Source: the human T2T-CHM13v2.0 reference genome, Homo sapiens. Taken from it: a DNA stretch of 64,000 nt. Made by a program: the position numbers and the translations under genes. Below are positions 39,401 through 53,460 of the stretch, piece by piece (the first letter of the stretch is position 1; each line of letters begins with the position of its first letter). A model generated the notes under the pieces. That model was not told where the DNA came from, did no database searches, and saw only the letters and a program-made list of their open reading frames with translations. The stretch lies in assembly GCF_009914755.1 (NCBI RefSeq), contig NC_060940.1; one strand, given 5' to 3'.

Positions 39401-42379
39401 CATTTTAATAAGCAAAAAGCCTTACACCTTTTTTTCTTTAATTTTAATTTCTGGTTAAGAGGGGTCATTCTCCATGAGTTCATTCAAAGACAACCACTGA
39501 GTTAGAAACTTTACAAATCAATATTTACCTTCCTGGCTCAACCCAGCCTGTGCTAACTGATAACCCCTCTGAAGAATTTTCTGAAGTTGAATTGCAAAGG
39601 TCTCCGTAGGGGTCTTGCCTGCTTCAATAAAAGCGTCTTCTAGTTTTGTTATTTCTGCCAGGTACATCTTCTGACTCTTTCAAGTTCTGGCAGGTTCATG
39701 CTCATTTGAGCTACAGGTGCAAACCAGGTAAATAACTGTCCCCAAATGCAAGGTTGCAGTCCTCTAGCCTCCTGCAAACCCAATCCTTCACTCCAGGGAC
39801 AAAGAAGACAGCTTTCCCTATAAAGTTACCCCACGGGATTGCAGAGTTTTTCTGTGGGTTCACCTAAGCTCTGTTTATATCCCTGCAAACAAAGGCGCAG
39901 AAAGTCACCGGAGCAGCAAGGTGTGTCCGGTGCTGAACGTTTCTCCAGGAGTGCTGCCTGCACTAAGTGTAATGTGACTCTTTCCCATCCCCTTCTCCCC
40001 CACTTTTAAAACCCAGCTGATTACAAGTGTTGTTAAAGGTTACTGAACTAGAAAAACAAACCGTGCCATGGTTGGTGCATTCCTAATTACAGACGGGAGT
40101 GCATTGGGAACAATTGTTTTTGTACCTCGACATTTCTCGGAGCCCCAGTCAGGAAGTATGCTGTTTCTCTTTGGCCACTCATAAGAGAGGATTACTGACG
40201 ATCTAGAAACTGCTATCAGCTTTCCTTTCTATCCCAAACTAATGTAAAACAATTTCTCAAGTATCAGCTTTTTCAACAAAAGTCTTCAGCGACTGACATT
40301 GCATCAGAAAAACAAACTTAACAGATTTGACCCTGAGGTGTGCATTACTCTCTTCCGATCATTTTTTAGCTGAGAATATTGTCTGTTGCCGATAGCAAGG
40401 GGAGGAAGAAGAGGTAAGCCAGGGCTGTTGAGGATGTTCTCACCCTGAGCAGTGGCCAGTAAGTGAACACCGGAGTTTCCTCTCCTTGTCGTTTGCTGTT
40501 GTGTTTGCACGGTTAAAGGAATCAGGGAGCCTGCCTGTTAGGTCTGCTTCCATCCTCTGAAGCTTAAAATGAATCAGCTGAAGAAAACATGATGGATTGA
40601 CATCACTCATGATAAAGTCCTCAGTGAGATGAATCAGAAGTTATTTTTATTTTGCAACTTTCATTACCTCACAAAGCATGGAAACTACTACCACGCTCTC
40701 TTTACTTGTACAAGAATCTCAATGCCCTTCAAATATCAGGGAACCCTTTGTGCGGTGGCCGGTAACCTCACCTAATTGTTAAAAGAATACAAAGAGAGAG
40801 AGAAAGAGAGAGTGAGAGAGAGAAAAGAAAAAAAATCCCACTATACTCCACTAACACTAAAAAGAGACATGGAGAATAGGAAAACACCTGGCCTTGTGCT
40901 TGCTAGATGTTTGCTGTGGAAACAATCTGTTCATATTTAAAGAGAAATGACATCATAAAGCATTTGCTACCATCATTTCAGCCAGCGGATCTCAAGAGTT
41001 GTGCTTTCTCAGATTTGAATAAAATTTAGGATGCAAGAAGAAAGATTTCTATACAAAAGAAAATCAAACTTATGGAAAGAAAAATGGCCCTCAGGACAGG
41101 GCTTGTGACAATTGCATCTGGACCATCTTGTCACTGCGCCAAGCCTCCATCTTCACAGAGTCCTGCATCCTTGCCAAAGGGCCTAGGTACTATAAAATGC
41201 TTTCAAAACATTATATTTTAACAATGCCGAGCAGCAAAACGGTTTGCTTTTAATGGCCATCTGTATAAAGTCTCTTTTTATTTAGGAAAATCTATTTTAA
41301 ATTAAATATCATAAGCCCACAAGCCATAGCAAACAATATTTTTCACCATATGCTCTGAATTAATATGCCAAAGATTGCAACCTCTATTTTTCTTCATAAA
41401 AAGCTGCCCCACCCTGATGTGGGTATGGTGAGCTGGAGGGTGGGAGGGTAGGAATTTTCAATAAGGCCACCAAGGATAGGATGACGGCAAGGAACCAAAG
41501 AAAAAAAAAAAGTAAAAAAGAGAGAGATATCTCCAGGGTTATCTCTCTTTTGCATCTTCTCAGTGCAGATCTACTTCCCTTTTAGGAAATTCCCTTTGAT
41601 CCACTTTCCTCCCTTGTCTAGAGACTTTACACCCAAGAGTGCAAGCAAAGCTGGCCACACCTTGAAAGACTTTGGAAAGTCACTGTAATTCCTTTCACCT
41701 GTTATGTGCCACACTTGAGGGTGATATGGTTTGAAAGCAAGTTTCTTTCCTTAGGTGCTGGGCAGACATGGAAACTTGGTGTTCACGGTCCCTAGTGTAG
41801 GCCATTCTGCTCTCTGCCCTTGGCTGGCATCCTTCCATTCCCTCCCTCAGTTTCCTTCTGCAGGTCCCTTTCTAATGAATGTCAAAGGGTGGGTGCCCTA
41901 GGACGTGGAGCCCCCAAATGACCAAGAATCCAATGAGCTTGGTGAGATTATGGAATTAAGGAGATTCACTTAGGGGTGGTCCGGCTGCCTTTTGTCTTTG
42001 CAGAGGGATCATGGGATGATTTGGGAGCCAGTTTCATGGGAGTTTCAGATGCTCCTAACCTCTGAACATGAACATTTGATGCCTGGCAAGATCACAGGGC
42101 TTGACTGCATGGGGCTGCTGCCTCTTGTGCAGAGGTGGTGGCACCAGGAGTTGCTTCAGGCTGTAGCATAGCTTTCTGCAGGGAGACTTTAAAATCAGTC
42201 AGCCTGAGACCTGATTTTCTTTGTCCTTGCCTCTCCTGCTCTCCCCTAACAACAATTTTTTCTTTCTTTTGTCTTTTTCTCCCATCTTACCATGTGTCCT
42301 TACTTTTTTTCCCCTTTTTTCTTGTCCTCTATGTTTTTTGGCCTCTGTCTATGCAACCTTATGTGTTACTATAATTATT

Positions 42380-42950
42380 TTTAATACTTAGGATTACTTG
42401 TGACATTTTGATAACTACTAAGTGCTATCCGATTTACAAGTATCATCTTAAAATCTTTTGACAGGGATTTGGGTATTATCACCTGCATTTTAGACATGAG
42501 AAAATGGATTCTCAGGGAGGTACATCCACATGATTTCAAAGCCAGTGTTCTTTCTCCTTTGCCTTAATGACTGTCATGTTCTATGTTTGGCTCTAATTTT
42601 TTGGTGGGGAGGTAAGTTAAGGTTTATGGCTTCCTAGTATTATTGGGCTTTTCCAACTGGTCTACTTACCCATTCATGAATTTCTCACTATTGCTTTCCT
42701 CATACTCTTCTCTCTATATCATAAATTGTCTACTGGGCCATGCGGGAGATGTGGTAGAAATACAGGCATCAGAGGAACAGCTGAATCTAATGTAATCCCT
42801 GAGCCTCAATTTTATTTTCCCTTAAATGGAAGCAGAGGTTGCATTTAAAAATAGGACTTGTCTCTTCTTACTGAGGTGCAGATGAATGAGACAGTATGTA
42901 TTAAGTACTTTTGCTGGCTTGGGACATACTAATTAGTTAATACTAATGTC
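42380..42950. mobile_element. Two diverged MIR fragments (about 42380-42560 on -, about 42750-42950 on +)
   Basis: 'cattttagacatgagaaaatggattctcagggagg'; 'ctgagcctcaatttt'. Confidence 0.55.
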
Positions 42951-43262
42951 ACTCCTTCTCCAACCTCACTTCGAGCCACTGTTCCCTTCATTCCATGCTC
43001 TTCAGCCTCACTAACTGTCCCAATTCCTCTTAAGGTTCTAGGCTGTTTCCTGAACGAGTCTTCAGGTCCATGGTTTCTTCTCAGTCTGAAGTTTCTCTTC
43101 CTGTCCTTTGCAAGGGCTACATATCAAGGTTCTTTGATCATAAGAAAAGGAAACAAACTTCAGTTAATTTTACTAAGAATAAATTGACCAACAGGATGAC
43201 AGTTTACAAAAATGAAAAGAGCTGAAGAGCTGGGTCATAGAAAAAAGGAGAATCAGGACTGC

Positions 43263-44151
<889 letters not shown>

Positions 44152-44260
44152 AGCTCCTCTGAATTGGTTCCTAGGACAGGACTACCGCATCGCCATCCAA
44201 GAACTCAGAAACTCCTGCTTTCTTTTCCTATGTGTTTGATTTGAACTTCACTTCCAGGGA

Positions 44261-44756
<496 letters not shown>

Positions 44757-44829
44757 TCATTCTACTTTTTAAATTCACAGCACATTTAAATTCAAAATTA
44801 AAATTATTTTTATTTAATCTCTCACTCTT

Positions 44830-45252
44830 TGATATTGTTTGGATCTGTGTCCCCACCAAATTTCATGTTGAATTGTAATTCCCCACTGGGGACAATGTTG
44901 GAGGTGGGGCCTGGTGGGAGGTGATTGGATGATGGAGTTGGTTTCTCATGAATGCTGTAACACTATCCTCCTTGGTACTGTCCTCAAGATAGTAAGTTCT
45001 TGTGATATCTGGTCATTTAAAAGTATGTGGCACCTTCCCCCTTTCTCTTGCTCCTGCTGCGTAAGATGGCCTGCCCCCACTTTGCCTTCTGCCATTAGTA
45101 TAAGCTCTCTGAGGCCTCCCAGAAGCAGATGTCACCATGCTTCTTGTACAGGCTGCAGAACCATGATCCAATTAAACCTCTTTTCTTTATAAATTAGCCA
45201 GCCACAAGTATTTCTTTACAGCAGTGTGAGAACAGGAGAACAGACTAACACA
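44830..45252 (+). mobile_element. MSTA-type MaLR solo LTR
   Basis: 'tgatattgtttggatctgtgtccccacc..ccaattaaacctcttttctttataaatta..gactaacaca'; 5-bp TSD ctctt/ctcct. Confidence 0.93.
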
Positions 45253-45626
45253 CTCCTCCACTAGTCTAACATCTCCATGGGCAGAGACCATGTCTCTTTT
45301 GTTATCTTTTACTGGATATTTCTTGGTTACCACTTCAAAATCCCCCCAGTCCCGCCTCTTATTCCAGTTAGGGTAACTAGTTCCAGGTGGCCTTGACAGG
45401 CTTAGAGCAACTGCAACTGAATATTCTCTATCCTTGTGGTTTGTGCTTTGAACATGGGGGGAAAGGGACAGCTAACTTTTGAGAAGGAGTTTCCCAGGCT
45501 CTCATGTCAGTTGCTTTCTGGCTATTCTGGCCCGTATGAGACACTGGTGAGAGACTGAAGAACAACAGGAAGGGAGAAAGGGTATTTCCCTGTCCGCCTC
45601 TAGTGGCAACTATGGCAGTGGCTGGA

Positions 45627-45686
45627 AGCTTTCCCCTAGGGTCCCTTTTTCTCTGCAGCTTTCTCCTAGGGTCCCTCTTTCCCTGG
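45627..45686 (+). repeat. 30-bp tandem duplication
   Basis: agctttcccctagggtccctttttctctgc / agctttctcctagggtccctctttccctgg. Confidence 0.9.
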
Positions 45687-45767
45687 TCCTGACTTCTACT
45701 AGAACACAGGATCAGCCAGCGTTCTAGCCCATCCTGGATGACCATGGCTTCTCATTGAGACTATATT

Positions 45768-46575
45768 TGCTGCAGTTGAATTTTGTGCCCCTGAAAGTTC
45801 TAGTTCAAGTCCTAGAAATGTTCAAGTCCTAACCCTCAGTACCTGTGAATGTCACCTTATTTGGACATAGAGTCTTTGTAGATGTAATTAGCTAAGATGT
45901 CATATTGGAGTAGGGTGGGCCCTAGTCCATTGTGACTGGTGGCCTTCTAAGAGGAGAAGACAGAGATGCAGGAGAAGGCTGTGTGAACACGGTGGCAGAG
46001 TCTGGAGTGATACCTCTACCTCAGCGGTCCCCAACATTTTTGGCACTGGGACTGGTTTCGTGGAAGACAATTTTTCCACAGTCAGGTTTGGGATAGGGGA
46101 ATGGTTTCAAGGTGAAACTGTTCCACCTCAGATCATCAGGCATTAGATTCTCATAAGGAGAGCACAGCCTAGATCCCTTGCATGCACAGTTCACAGTAGG
46201 GTTTGAGCTCCTATGGGAATGCAATGCTGCTGCTGATCTGATGAGAGGCGGAGCTCAGGTAGTACTGCCCACTTGCCCACTGCTCACCTCCTGTTGTGTG
46301 GCCTGGTTCCTAAGAGGCCACAGACTGGTACCGGTCCCAGGGTTTTGGGTTCCCTGCTCCACGTGCCAAGGAACACCAAAAACTGCCAGCCATATCCAGA
46401 AACCAACAGTGGAGCATGGGACAAATTGTCCCTCAAAGCCCTCAAAGGAAACCAACCCTGATGATTCCCTGATTTTGAACTTCCAGCCTCCAGAAACATG
46501 GAAGAACACATTTCTGTTGTTTTAAATCACCCAGTGGGTGGTCCTTTGTTTAGGCATCCCAAGGAAATGAACACA
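45768..46575 (+). mobile_element. MLT1B/C solo LTR split by MER1B
   Basis: 'gttgaattttgtgccc..aagtcctaaccctcagtacctgtgaatgtcaccttatttgga', 'ttgaacttccagcctccagaa..catttctgttgttttaa..ggaaatgaacaca'. Confidence 0.9.
46022..46356. mobile_element. MER1B (hAT-Charlie)
   Basis: 'cagcggtccccaac..tttcgtggaagacaatttttccac..cacctcagatcatcaggcattagattctcataagg'; 8-bp TSD ctctacct/ctccacgt. Confidence 0.95.
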
Positions 46576-46685
46576 GCCTCCTTTCCACATTGCCCTTGTA
46601 GCATCTTGCCAGTTGCTGATCTCTAAGCTGCTTCACTCATCTTCTGTGCTTTCCCTTAGACCTTTAAACTGAGATTTAAACTGAC

Positions 46686-46825
46686 ATTCAAACTGAGTGT
46701 TAAGCAGGGACAATGGACATATGTTGTTGGGGTCTGACCTGTCTCACTGTGTGATTCTAGAAGGAAAGCCCATCACATGGCCCTGGGAAGTCACATGACA
46801 CAACCTAGGCCAATTAGGCTCTTTT
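46686..46825 (-). repeat. Inverted duplication, inserted copy (partner 44261-44400)
   Basis: 91% identity; preceded by a 12-bp stutter at 46663-46685. Confidence 0.95.
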
Positions 46826-46894
46826 CCACCCACAAAACCAGTCTCCTGTATTCAGTTACTACTGTTTGAAATCACTGGAGTGCTTTCAGTTTTC

Positions 46895-47065
46895 TTATTT
46901 TGTTTTAAATCCTTTCTTCTCTTTTCTTTTCTTCCTTTTTTGTTTTTTTAGAGACAGGGTCTGACTGTGTTGCCAGGGTGGTCTCCACCTCCTGTACTCA
47001 AGCAATCTTCTTACCTCGGCCTCCCAAAGTGCTGGGATTAAAGGTGTGAGGCACCATGCCTGGCC
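46895..47065 (-). mobile_element. Alu left monomer (FLAM_C-like)
   Basis: Single monomer with T-rich tail; TSD tttcagttt(t/c)ctt. Confidence 0.9.
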
Positions 47066-47119
47066 TTGGTTTCAGTTTCCTTGACAGGCCCTGAGTGATA
47101 CTATCACATAATATATACC

Positions 47120-47345
47120 ATTTATAATATGCTTATTACATGCCAGGCATTGAGATAAGTATTTTACCTGGATTATTTCATTTAATCCTCATATCCATCC
47201 TATGACAGAAGCATCGTGCTTGCTTGCACTGAACAGATGGAGAAAATGAGAAAAAGTATAACCCAAGAAGGCTGTCTAGAGATAAATGGGGAAATCAAAC
47301 CCAGGGCTAGCTGACTGCATGACCCAGGCTCTTGAGCACGGCTCT
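47120..47345 (-). mobile_element. MIR
   Basis: 'tgccaggcattg..attatttcatttaatcctca..acagatggagaaaatgag'. Confidence 0.8.
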
Positions 47346-47605
47346 GTTCTGCCTTCCCCAAGCAGGCTCTGAAGTCAACAGTTCAGGTGTGCGGCATCCA
47401 TGGCCTGTTCTATGGCCCTGTTCTTCCTCCTGTTCCCTGCAGCATCACCTCTGCCAGACTCAGCAAGTGCCCTGTCTCAGCTTCTCAGCGAAGTTGGATC
47501 TAATCTCACAGTGGTGAGTCTTTCCTCACCACACACGTAAGAAGCATTTCTCCCAGTCTTCCAGACATTTCTCTTCTCTGTTCAAGAACTAAAAATGATT
47601 CCTTA

Positions 47606-47785
<180 letters not shown>

Positions 47786-47809
47786 TTATAATAGAAAATA
47801 TGATGTACA

Positions 47810-48113
47810 GGCTGGGCACAGTGGCTCATGCCTGTAATCCTAGCACTTTGGGAGACTGATATGGGTGGATCACTTGAGCTCAGGAGTTTGAGACCAGCCT
47901 GGGCAACATGGTGAAACCCTGTCTCTACTGAAAAAAAAAAAAAAATTAGCCAGGCATGGTGGTGTGCCTGTAGTAACAGCTAATCAGGGGTCTGAGGCAG
48001 GAGATCGCTTGAGCCCGTGAGAAGCCAAGTAGCAGTGAGCTGAGATTGTGCCACTGGCCACTGCACTCCAGTCTGGGTGACAATGTGAGACCCTGTCACA
48101 AAAAAAAAAAAAA
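47810..48113 (+). mobile_element. AluJ
   Basis: Full dimer; 17-bp TSD agaaaatat(g/t)atgtaca. Confidence 0.95.
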
Positions 48114-48684
48114 GAAAATATTATGTACAGAAAAAAGAGATAATAATATTATAAACATCTATTTATACATACATATCTAGGTTGAATTTAATCATTTAAA
48201 GATATACTTGCTTCAGATATTTCTTCTATTTGCAAACAGTTGAAGCTTCTGTGTATCCCTGTTCATTCCCATTCCCTTCTCTTCCTCTCTAGAAGTTACG
48301 GTCATGTTGAATTTGTATGTATAATTTCCATGCATGTTTTCATACTGTTAGCATCTGTAAAGCCTCCCATAAGCAATATTCAATATAATTTTGCATTTTA
48401 GAAAATTTTATTGTAAATGGTATCATACTTTATGTGTTTTATAGATTTATCAATGTTGATTCATATAGCCCCAATTTATTTAAGTACTATGTAATATTTC
48501 ATTATATGAATAAACAATAATATATTCATCTGTTCTATTAATTGCCATTTAGGTTGTTTCCACAAATAATACTGGAACACTTTTTAACTTATGTCACTGT
48601 GCACATAAGCAGGAGTTTCTCTAGGGTGTACACACATCTCCAAATTTTCTAAACTTTTTCAAATTGCCCTCCAAAATGTTTATA

Positions 48685-48921
48685 CAGATTGAGCATTCCA
48701 AATCCAAAAATCTGAAATCAGAAGTGCTCCAAAATTCAAAACATCTTTAAAGTTTTGATGCTCAAAAGAAATGCTCATTGATACATTTAGCATTTTGGAC
48801 TTTTGCATTTTGGATGCTCAACTGGAAAATATAATGCAAACATTTCAAAATCCAAAAAAAAAAAATCCAAAATCGCAAACAGTTCTGGTCCCAGTGATTT
48901 CAAATAAGGGATATTCAACTG
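48685..48921. mobile_element. Tigger4a/MER46-type element
   Basis: TA|cagattgagcattcc...gggatattcaactg|TA (TIRs plus TA TSD). Confidence 0.9.
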
Positions 48922-48934
48922 TATCAGTTTATCC

Positions 48935-49780
48935 TGTGATATAACAAAAAAATATTGGTCTTAGTACCTTGTTCCTGACACACAGTTCTAAAAAGACTTG
49001 GAAATCTCTGGAGTGATGAGTGTCTTTGTGTGCCAGTTAAATGACTGGGGTGGCTGGTGGACCTTAGATAGCTTTAGGTTGAGGGTTGATCTCCAGAAGA
49101 CCTAAGCATGATTAGAGGCGTGGCACTTTCAGCCTCACCTCCTGACCTCCAGGGAGGGGACAGGGGCTAGAGATACAGATAATCACCAATGGCCAATGAT
49201 TTAATAAATCTTGATTCTGTAATGGAATCTCCATAAGAGACCCCTAGACAAAGGGGATCAGAGAGCTTCAGGGATGGTGAACACATTCAGGTGTTGGCGT
49301 GTGGTAACTCCAGAGATGACATGGAGGCTCCACACACCCTTTCCCACCCATACATTCCCTGTGCATCTCTGTCATTTGGCTGTTCCTGTGTTGTAACAGG
49401 AACACACTGGTAATAATTATGTTACCAGTAACAGTTGTAACCAACTGGTAATGATAAGTCAAGTGCTTGCTTGAGTTCTGTGAGCCACTCTTGCAAGTTA
49501 CGAAACCTGAAGGGAGGAGGTTATGGCCACCCCTAGCTTTGTAGCAAGGTTGAACAGAAGTGTAGGTACCCTGGGTACTCAATACTTGAGACTGGCATCT
49601 GAAGTGAGGGTGGTCTTGTGGAACTGAGCCCTTAAATTGGGGGAAACTGATGCTAGCTCCAGGTAGTGTCAGAATTGACCTGAATTGTAGGATATCCAGT
49701 TGATGTCCAGAGAGTTGGCACACTGGTTGGTGTGAGGAAGATCCATTCACATTTTTGGTGTCAGAAATGTGAGTAAAAAG
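48935..49780 (+). mobile_element. MER21 LTR (MER21A/B-like)
   Basis: 'catgattagagg..actttcagcc..gacctccagggagggg', 'atcaccaatggccaatgattta', 'gactggcatctgaagtg', 'ttggtgtcagaa'. Confidence 0.9.
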
Positions 49781-50171
49781 TTCGTGAAGCCCTCTCAGAA
49801 CATATGAGAGTTGCGTGCTTAATTTCTTTATGAGCACTTGGTAGTGGTAGAGATTAGAATTTTTGTTAAATTTATTATGCTTTTAATTTGATTTGTACTT
49901 CCTGATAATTCTGGAAGTTGAGCATTGGTTTGCGTATCTATTGATTATTTAAGTTTCTTTCTCTGTTTATTACCAGCTAATACCCTTTGCTCTTTGTACA
50001 TTCTGCATAGTCTCCTTGCTGGTTGTGTGTATTGCAAATATCTTCTCATAGGCTATGGGTTGTCTTTTCACTCAGTTTAAAAGCATTTTTTTGTTCTATG
50101 GAAACTTAAATCTTAACAACATCAAATTAATCAGTCTTTTATTTTATGGTGTGCACTTTGTGTAACTTTTT

Positions 50172-50501
50172 TGTTTGTTCGTTTTTGTTTTTTTGAGACA
50201 GGGTGTTGCTCTGCTGCTCAGGCTGGAGTGCAGTGGCATAATCATGGCTCACTGCAGCCTTGAATTTCTGGGCTCAAATGATCCCTCCCCCACTCCCCAC
50301 CCCTGCCTCAACCTCCCTAGTAGCTGGGACTACAGGCACATGCCACCACAGTTGGCTAATTTTTTTTTTTTTTAATTTTCTTGTAGAGATAAGGTCTCAC
50401 TATGTTGTTCAGGCTGGTTTCAAACTCCTGGCCTAGAACAATCCTCTTGCTTCGGCCTCCCAAAGTGCTGGAATTACAGATGTGAGCCACCATGCCTAGC
50501 T
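50172..50501 (-). mobile_element. AluJ
   Basis: Dimer with a small C-rich insertion; TSD tgtaactt. Confidence 0.95.
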
Positions 50502-50724
50502 GACTGTAACTTGTTTTAAGAAATTGTTCTTCTGAATCATTCCATTTAACCTGCAAAGACTCCAACATTTGACCACTTTTCTTCTTAACCAGCTTCTCTC
50601 CTAACCACATTCCAGAAAAATATCTGGGCTTCCAGGGGACTCTCACGCATGCCTTTCATTATGTTTACTCCTTCCAGTGTCTAGAACTCTTCATCTTTTC
50701 ATAGATCTAACCTCAAAGTTGCAC

Positions 50725-50980
50725 CTAGTATGTACCAAAGTGTATTGTCTATGTCTCAGGACATAGATCCATAGAATATTTCATAATAAAAGGGATCTTT
50801 TATTATGGTCAATTAAGTTTGGAAAAAATTGCAGACTATACAATGAATATTTAGTGTACTAAAGGCTCCAAAAGATCCTACAGAAGAGAAACCTGTAACT
50901 TTGTTCAATCCAATGTTTCTAATCTCACCATGGTATCATCTTTGGGGTAATATCTATTAGCATTTTGTAGAACTAATTTT
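50725..50980. mobile_element. MER112/MER113-like hAT remnant
   Basis: 'taaaggctccaaaagatcctacagaagagaaacctgtaactttgttcaatcca'. Confidence 0.55.
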
Positions 50981-50986
50981 TTTCTT

Positions 50987-51126
50987 GGGTAAATACTCCT
51001 TGGATTGTTGCAAGACTTTGATTACGTTCCAGAGATCTTAAAACTACTGATTTTAACAATTTTGACAGTATTCTCATTGCTTTTATAAAGAAGGAGATTT
51101 TTGGATTCCCACCATTCTGGAAGTCT
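50987..51126 (-). mobile_element. L1M4/L1MB-type 5' end fragment
   Basis: Reverse complement reads 'gacttccagaatgg...ataaaagcaatgagaatactg..ctctggaa..tgcaacaatccaaggag'. Confidence 0.6.
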
Positions 51127-51149
51127 TGCCTCATAGCAATAATATATAT

Positions 51150-51984
51150 TTTTATTATTATTTTTTAAAACTTTTCCTTTAGGTTCAGGGGTACATGTAC
51201 AGGTTTGTTATATAGGTAAACTGAAGTCACAGGTGTTTGTCGTACAGATTGTTTTGTCACCAGGTACTGAGCCTAGCACTCAGCAGTTATTTTTTCTGCT
51301 CCTCTCCCTCCTCCCACCCTCCACCCTCAAGTAGGCCCCAGTGTCTGTTGTTCCCTCCTTTTGCTCATTTGTTCTCATCATTTAGCTCCCACTTATAAGT
51401 GAGAACACAAGGTATTTGGTTTTCTGTTCCTGCGTTAGTTTACTAAAGATAATAGGTTCTACTCCATCCATGTTCCTGCAAAGGATGTGATCTCATTCTT
51501 TTTTATGGCTGCGTAGTATTCCATAATGTATATGTGCCACATTTTCTTTATCCAATCTGTCACTGAGGGACATTTAGGTTGATTCTATGTCTTTGCTATT
51601 GTAAACAGTGCCACAATGAACATATGCAGGCATGTGTCCTTAGGGTAGAATGACTTATATTTCTTTGGGTATATACCCAGTAATGGGATTGCTGGGTCCA
51701 TTGGTAATTGTGTTTTTAGCTCTTTAAGGAATCACCACACTGCTTTCCACAAAGGTTGAACTCCCACCAATGGTGCATAAGCATTCCCTTTGCTTGGCAA
51801 CCTCGTCAGTATCTGTTTTTTCATTTTTTTTAACTTTTTAATAAGCCATTCTGACTTGTGTGAGATGGTATCTCATTGTGGTTTTGATTTGCATTTCTCT
51901 AATGATCAGTGATATTGAGCTTTTTGCATAGGCACGTTGGTCACATATATGTCTTCTTTTGAGAAGTGACTGTTCTTGTCCTTT
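51150..51984 (-). mobile_element. 5'-truncated L1PA15/16-like element
   Basis: 'ggttcaggggtacatgtacaggtttgttatataggtaaac..catcatttagctcccacttataagtgagaaca..atatacccagtaatgggattgctgggtc'; TSD tag(c/g)aataatat. Confidence 0.93.
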
Positions 51985-52091
51985 CTAGGAATAATATTTT
52001 AAGACACACTTTGACTAATGTTGATTTCTCCTTTTCTGTGAAACCATGCATCAAAGCTGTATTCCTTACTCTTTTCTTCTTCAAATCTCTT

Positions 52092-52410
52092 TATTTATTT
52101 ATTTATTTTTGAGACAGAGACTCTCTCTGTTCCCCAGGCTGAAGTGCAGTGGTGTGATCTCACCTCACTGCAACCGCCTCCTCCCGGGTTCAAGCAATTC
52201 TCCTGCCTCAGACTCCCAAGTAGCTGAGATTACAGGTGTGCAACACCACGCCTGGCTAATTTTGTTATTATTATTATTATTAGCAGTAGTAGTAGAGACA
52301 AGGTTTTGCTATGTTGGTCAGGTTGGTCTTGAACTCCTGGCCTCATGTGATTCAACTGCCTTGGACTCCCAAAGTGCTGGGATTACAGGCATGAGCCACT
52401 GCATTTGGCC
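52092..52410 (-). mobile_element. Alu (S/Jb-like)
   Basis: Dimer; perfect 16-bp TSD cttcaaatctctttat. Confidence 0.95.
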
Positions 52411-52669
52411 CTTCAAATCTCTTTATATTGAGGGTCTCTCCTGAATTATCTTGGACTCCCAAGCACCTTCCTGGTGTCCATGCATTTGACAGCACTGTGA
52501 AAAGTATTTACATGTTTTGTTCTTTTTAAATTATATTATAATGTTCAACTTTTTAAAATTTTTGGTAGAGGCCAGTTTACACCCTGGTTGTATGTCTCAA
52601 GTGTTTGTTTTGTTAATCAGTGAGTTATTGTACTTCAGGACACATTTTCCTGTAGAAACAATGTTCTGC

Positions 52670-52843
52670 ATCAGAGCTTATCAAACTTTAACGGGCATAC
52701 AAATCACCTGGGGGGACCTTGTTAAAATGAAGATTCCAGTTGGATAGGTCTGGGGCAGAGTCTGTTGTTCTGCTTCCCTAACCTCCCATGTCATGGTCAT
52801 ATGGTCAAGGTCTGCAGACCACACTTTGGGTAGTGAGGCTCTA
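52670..52843. mobile_element. MER5A-type hAT element
   Basis: 'tcaaacttta..gcatacaaatcacctgggggaccttgttaaaatg..gaccacactttgggtagtgagg'. Confidence 0.85.
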
Positions 52844-53020
52844 TAAGGTTATCTATTATGCAGAATGTAGCCTTTATGAAAGACTGCATTAGGTTCTAAT
52901 TTGGTGAAAATGTGATCCTGAAATACCAAATATAGGAATAATGCATGATGAAAAGGCTTCAGATTTCCATCAAAACTGCATGTCATCCAGTCATTCATAA
53001 TATAGATTAAGAAAGCTTTA

Positions 53021-53460
<440 letters not shown>

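Larger units (their letters stand above)
45315..47101 (+). mobile_element. ERVL LTR (LTR41/LTR50-like), interrupted by MLT1, an inverted duplication and an Alu monomer
   Basis: 'gagacactggtgagagactgaag..gaagggagaaagggtatttccc', 'ctgtttgaaatcactggagtgctttcagttt', end 'ccctgagtgatac'. Confidence 0.55.
48130..50530 (-). mobile_element. Old L1ME-type element interrupted by Tigger4, MER21 and AluJ
   Basis: 'taaatggtatcatac', 'catttaggttgtttcca', 'gagtttctctagggt', 'tattgcaaatatcttctc..ttgtcttttcact'. Confidence 0.8.

Noticed and set aside
49268-49837. 189-aa ORF
   Set aside because: Lies antisense within the MER21 LTR; no recognisable protein.
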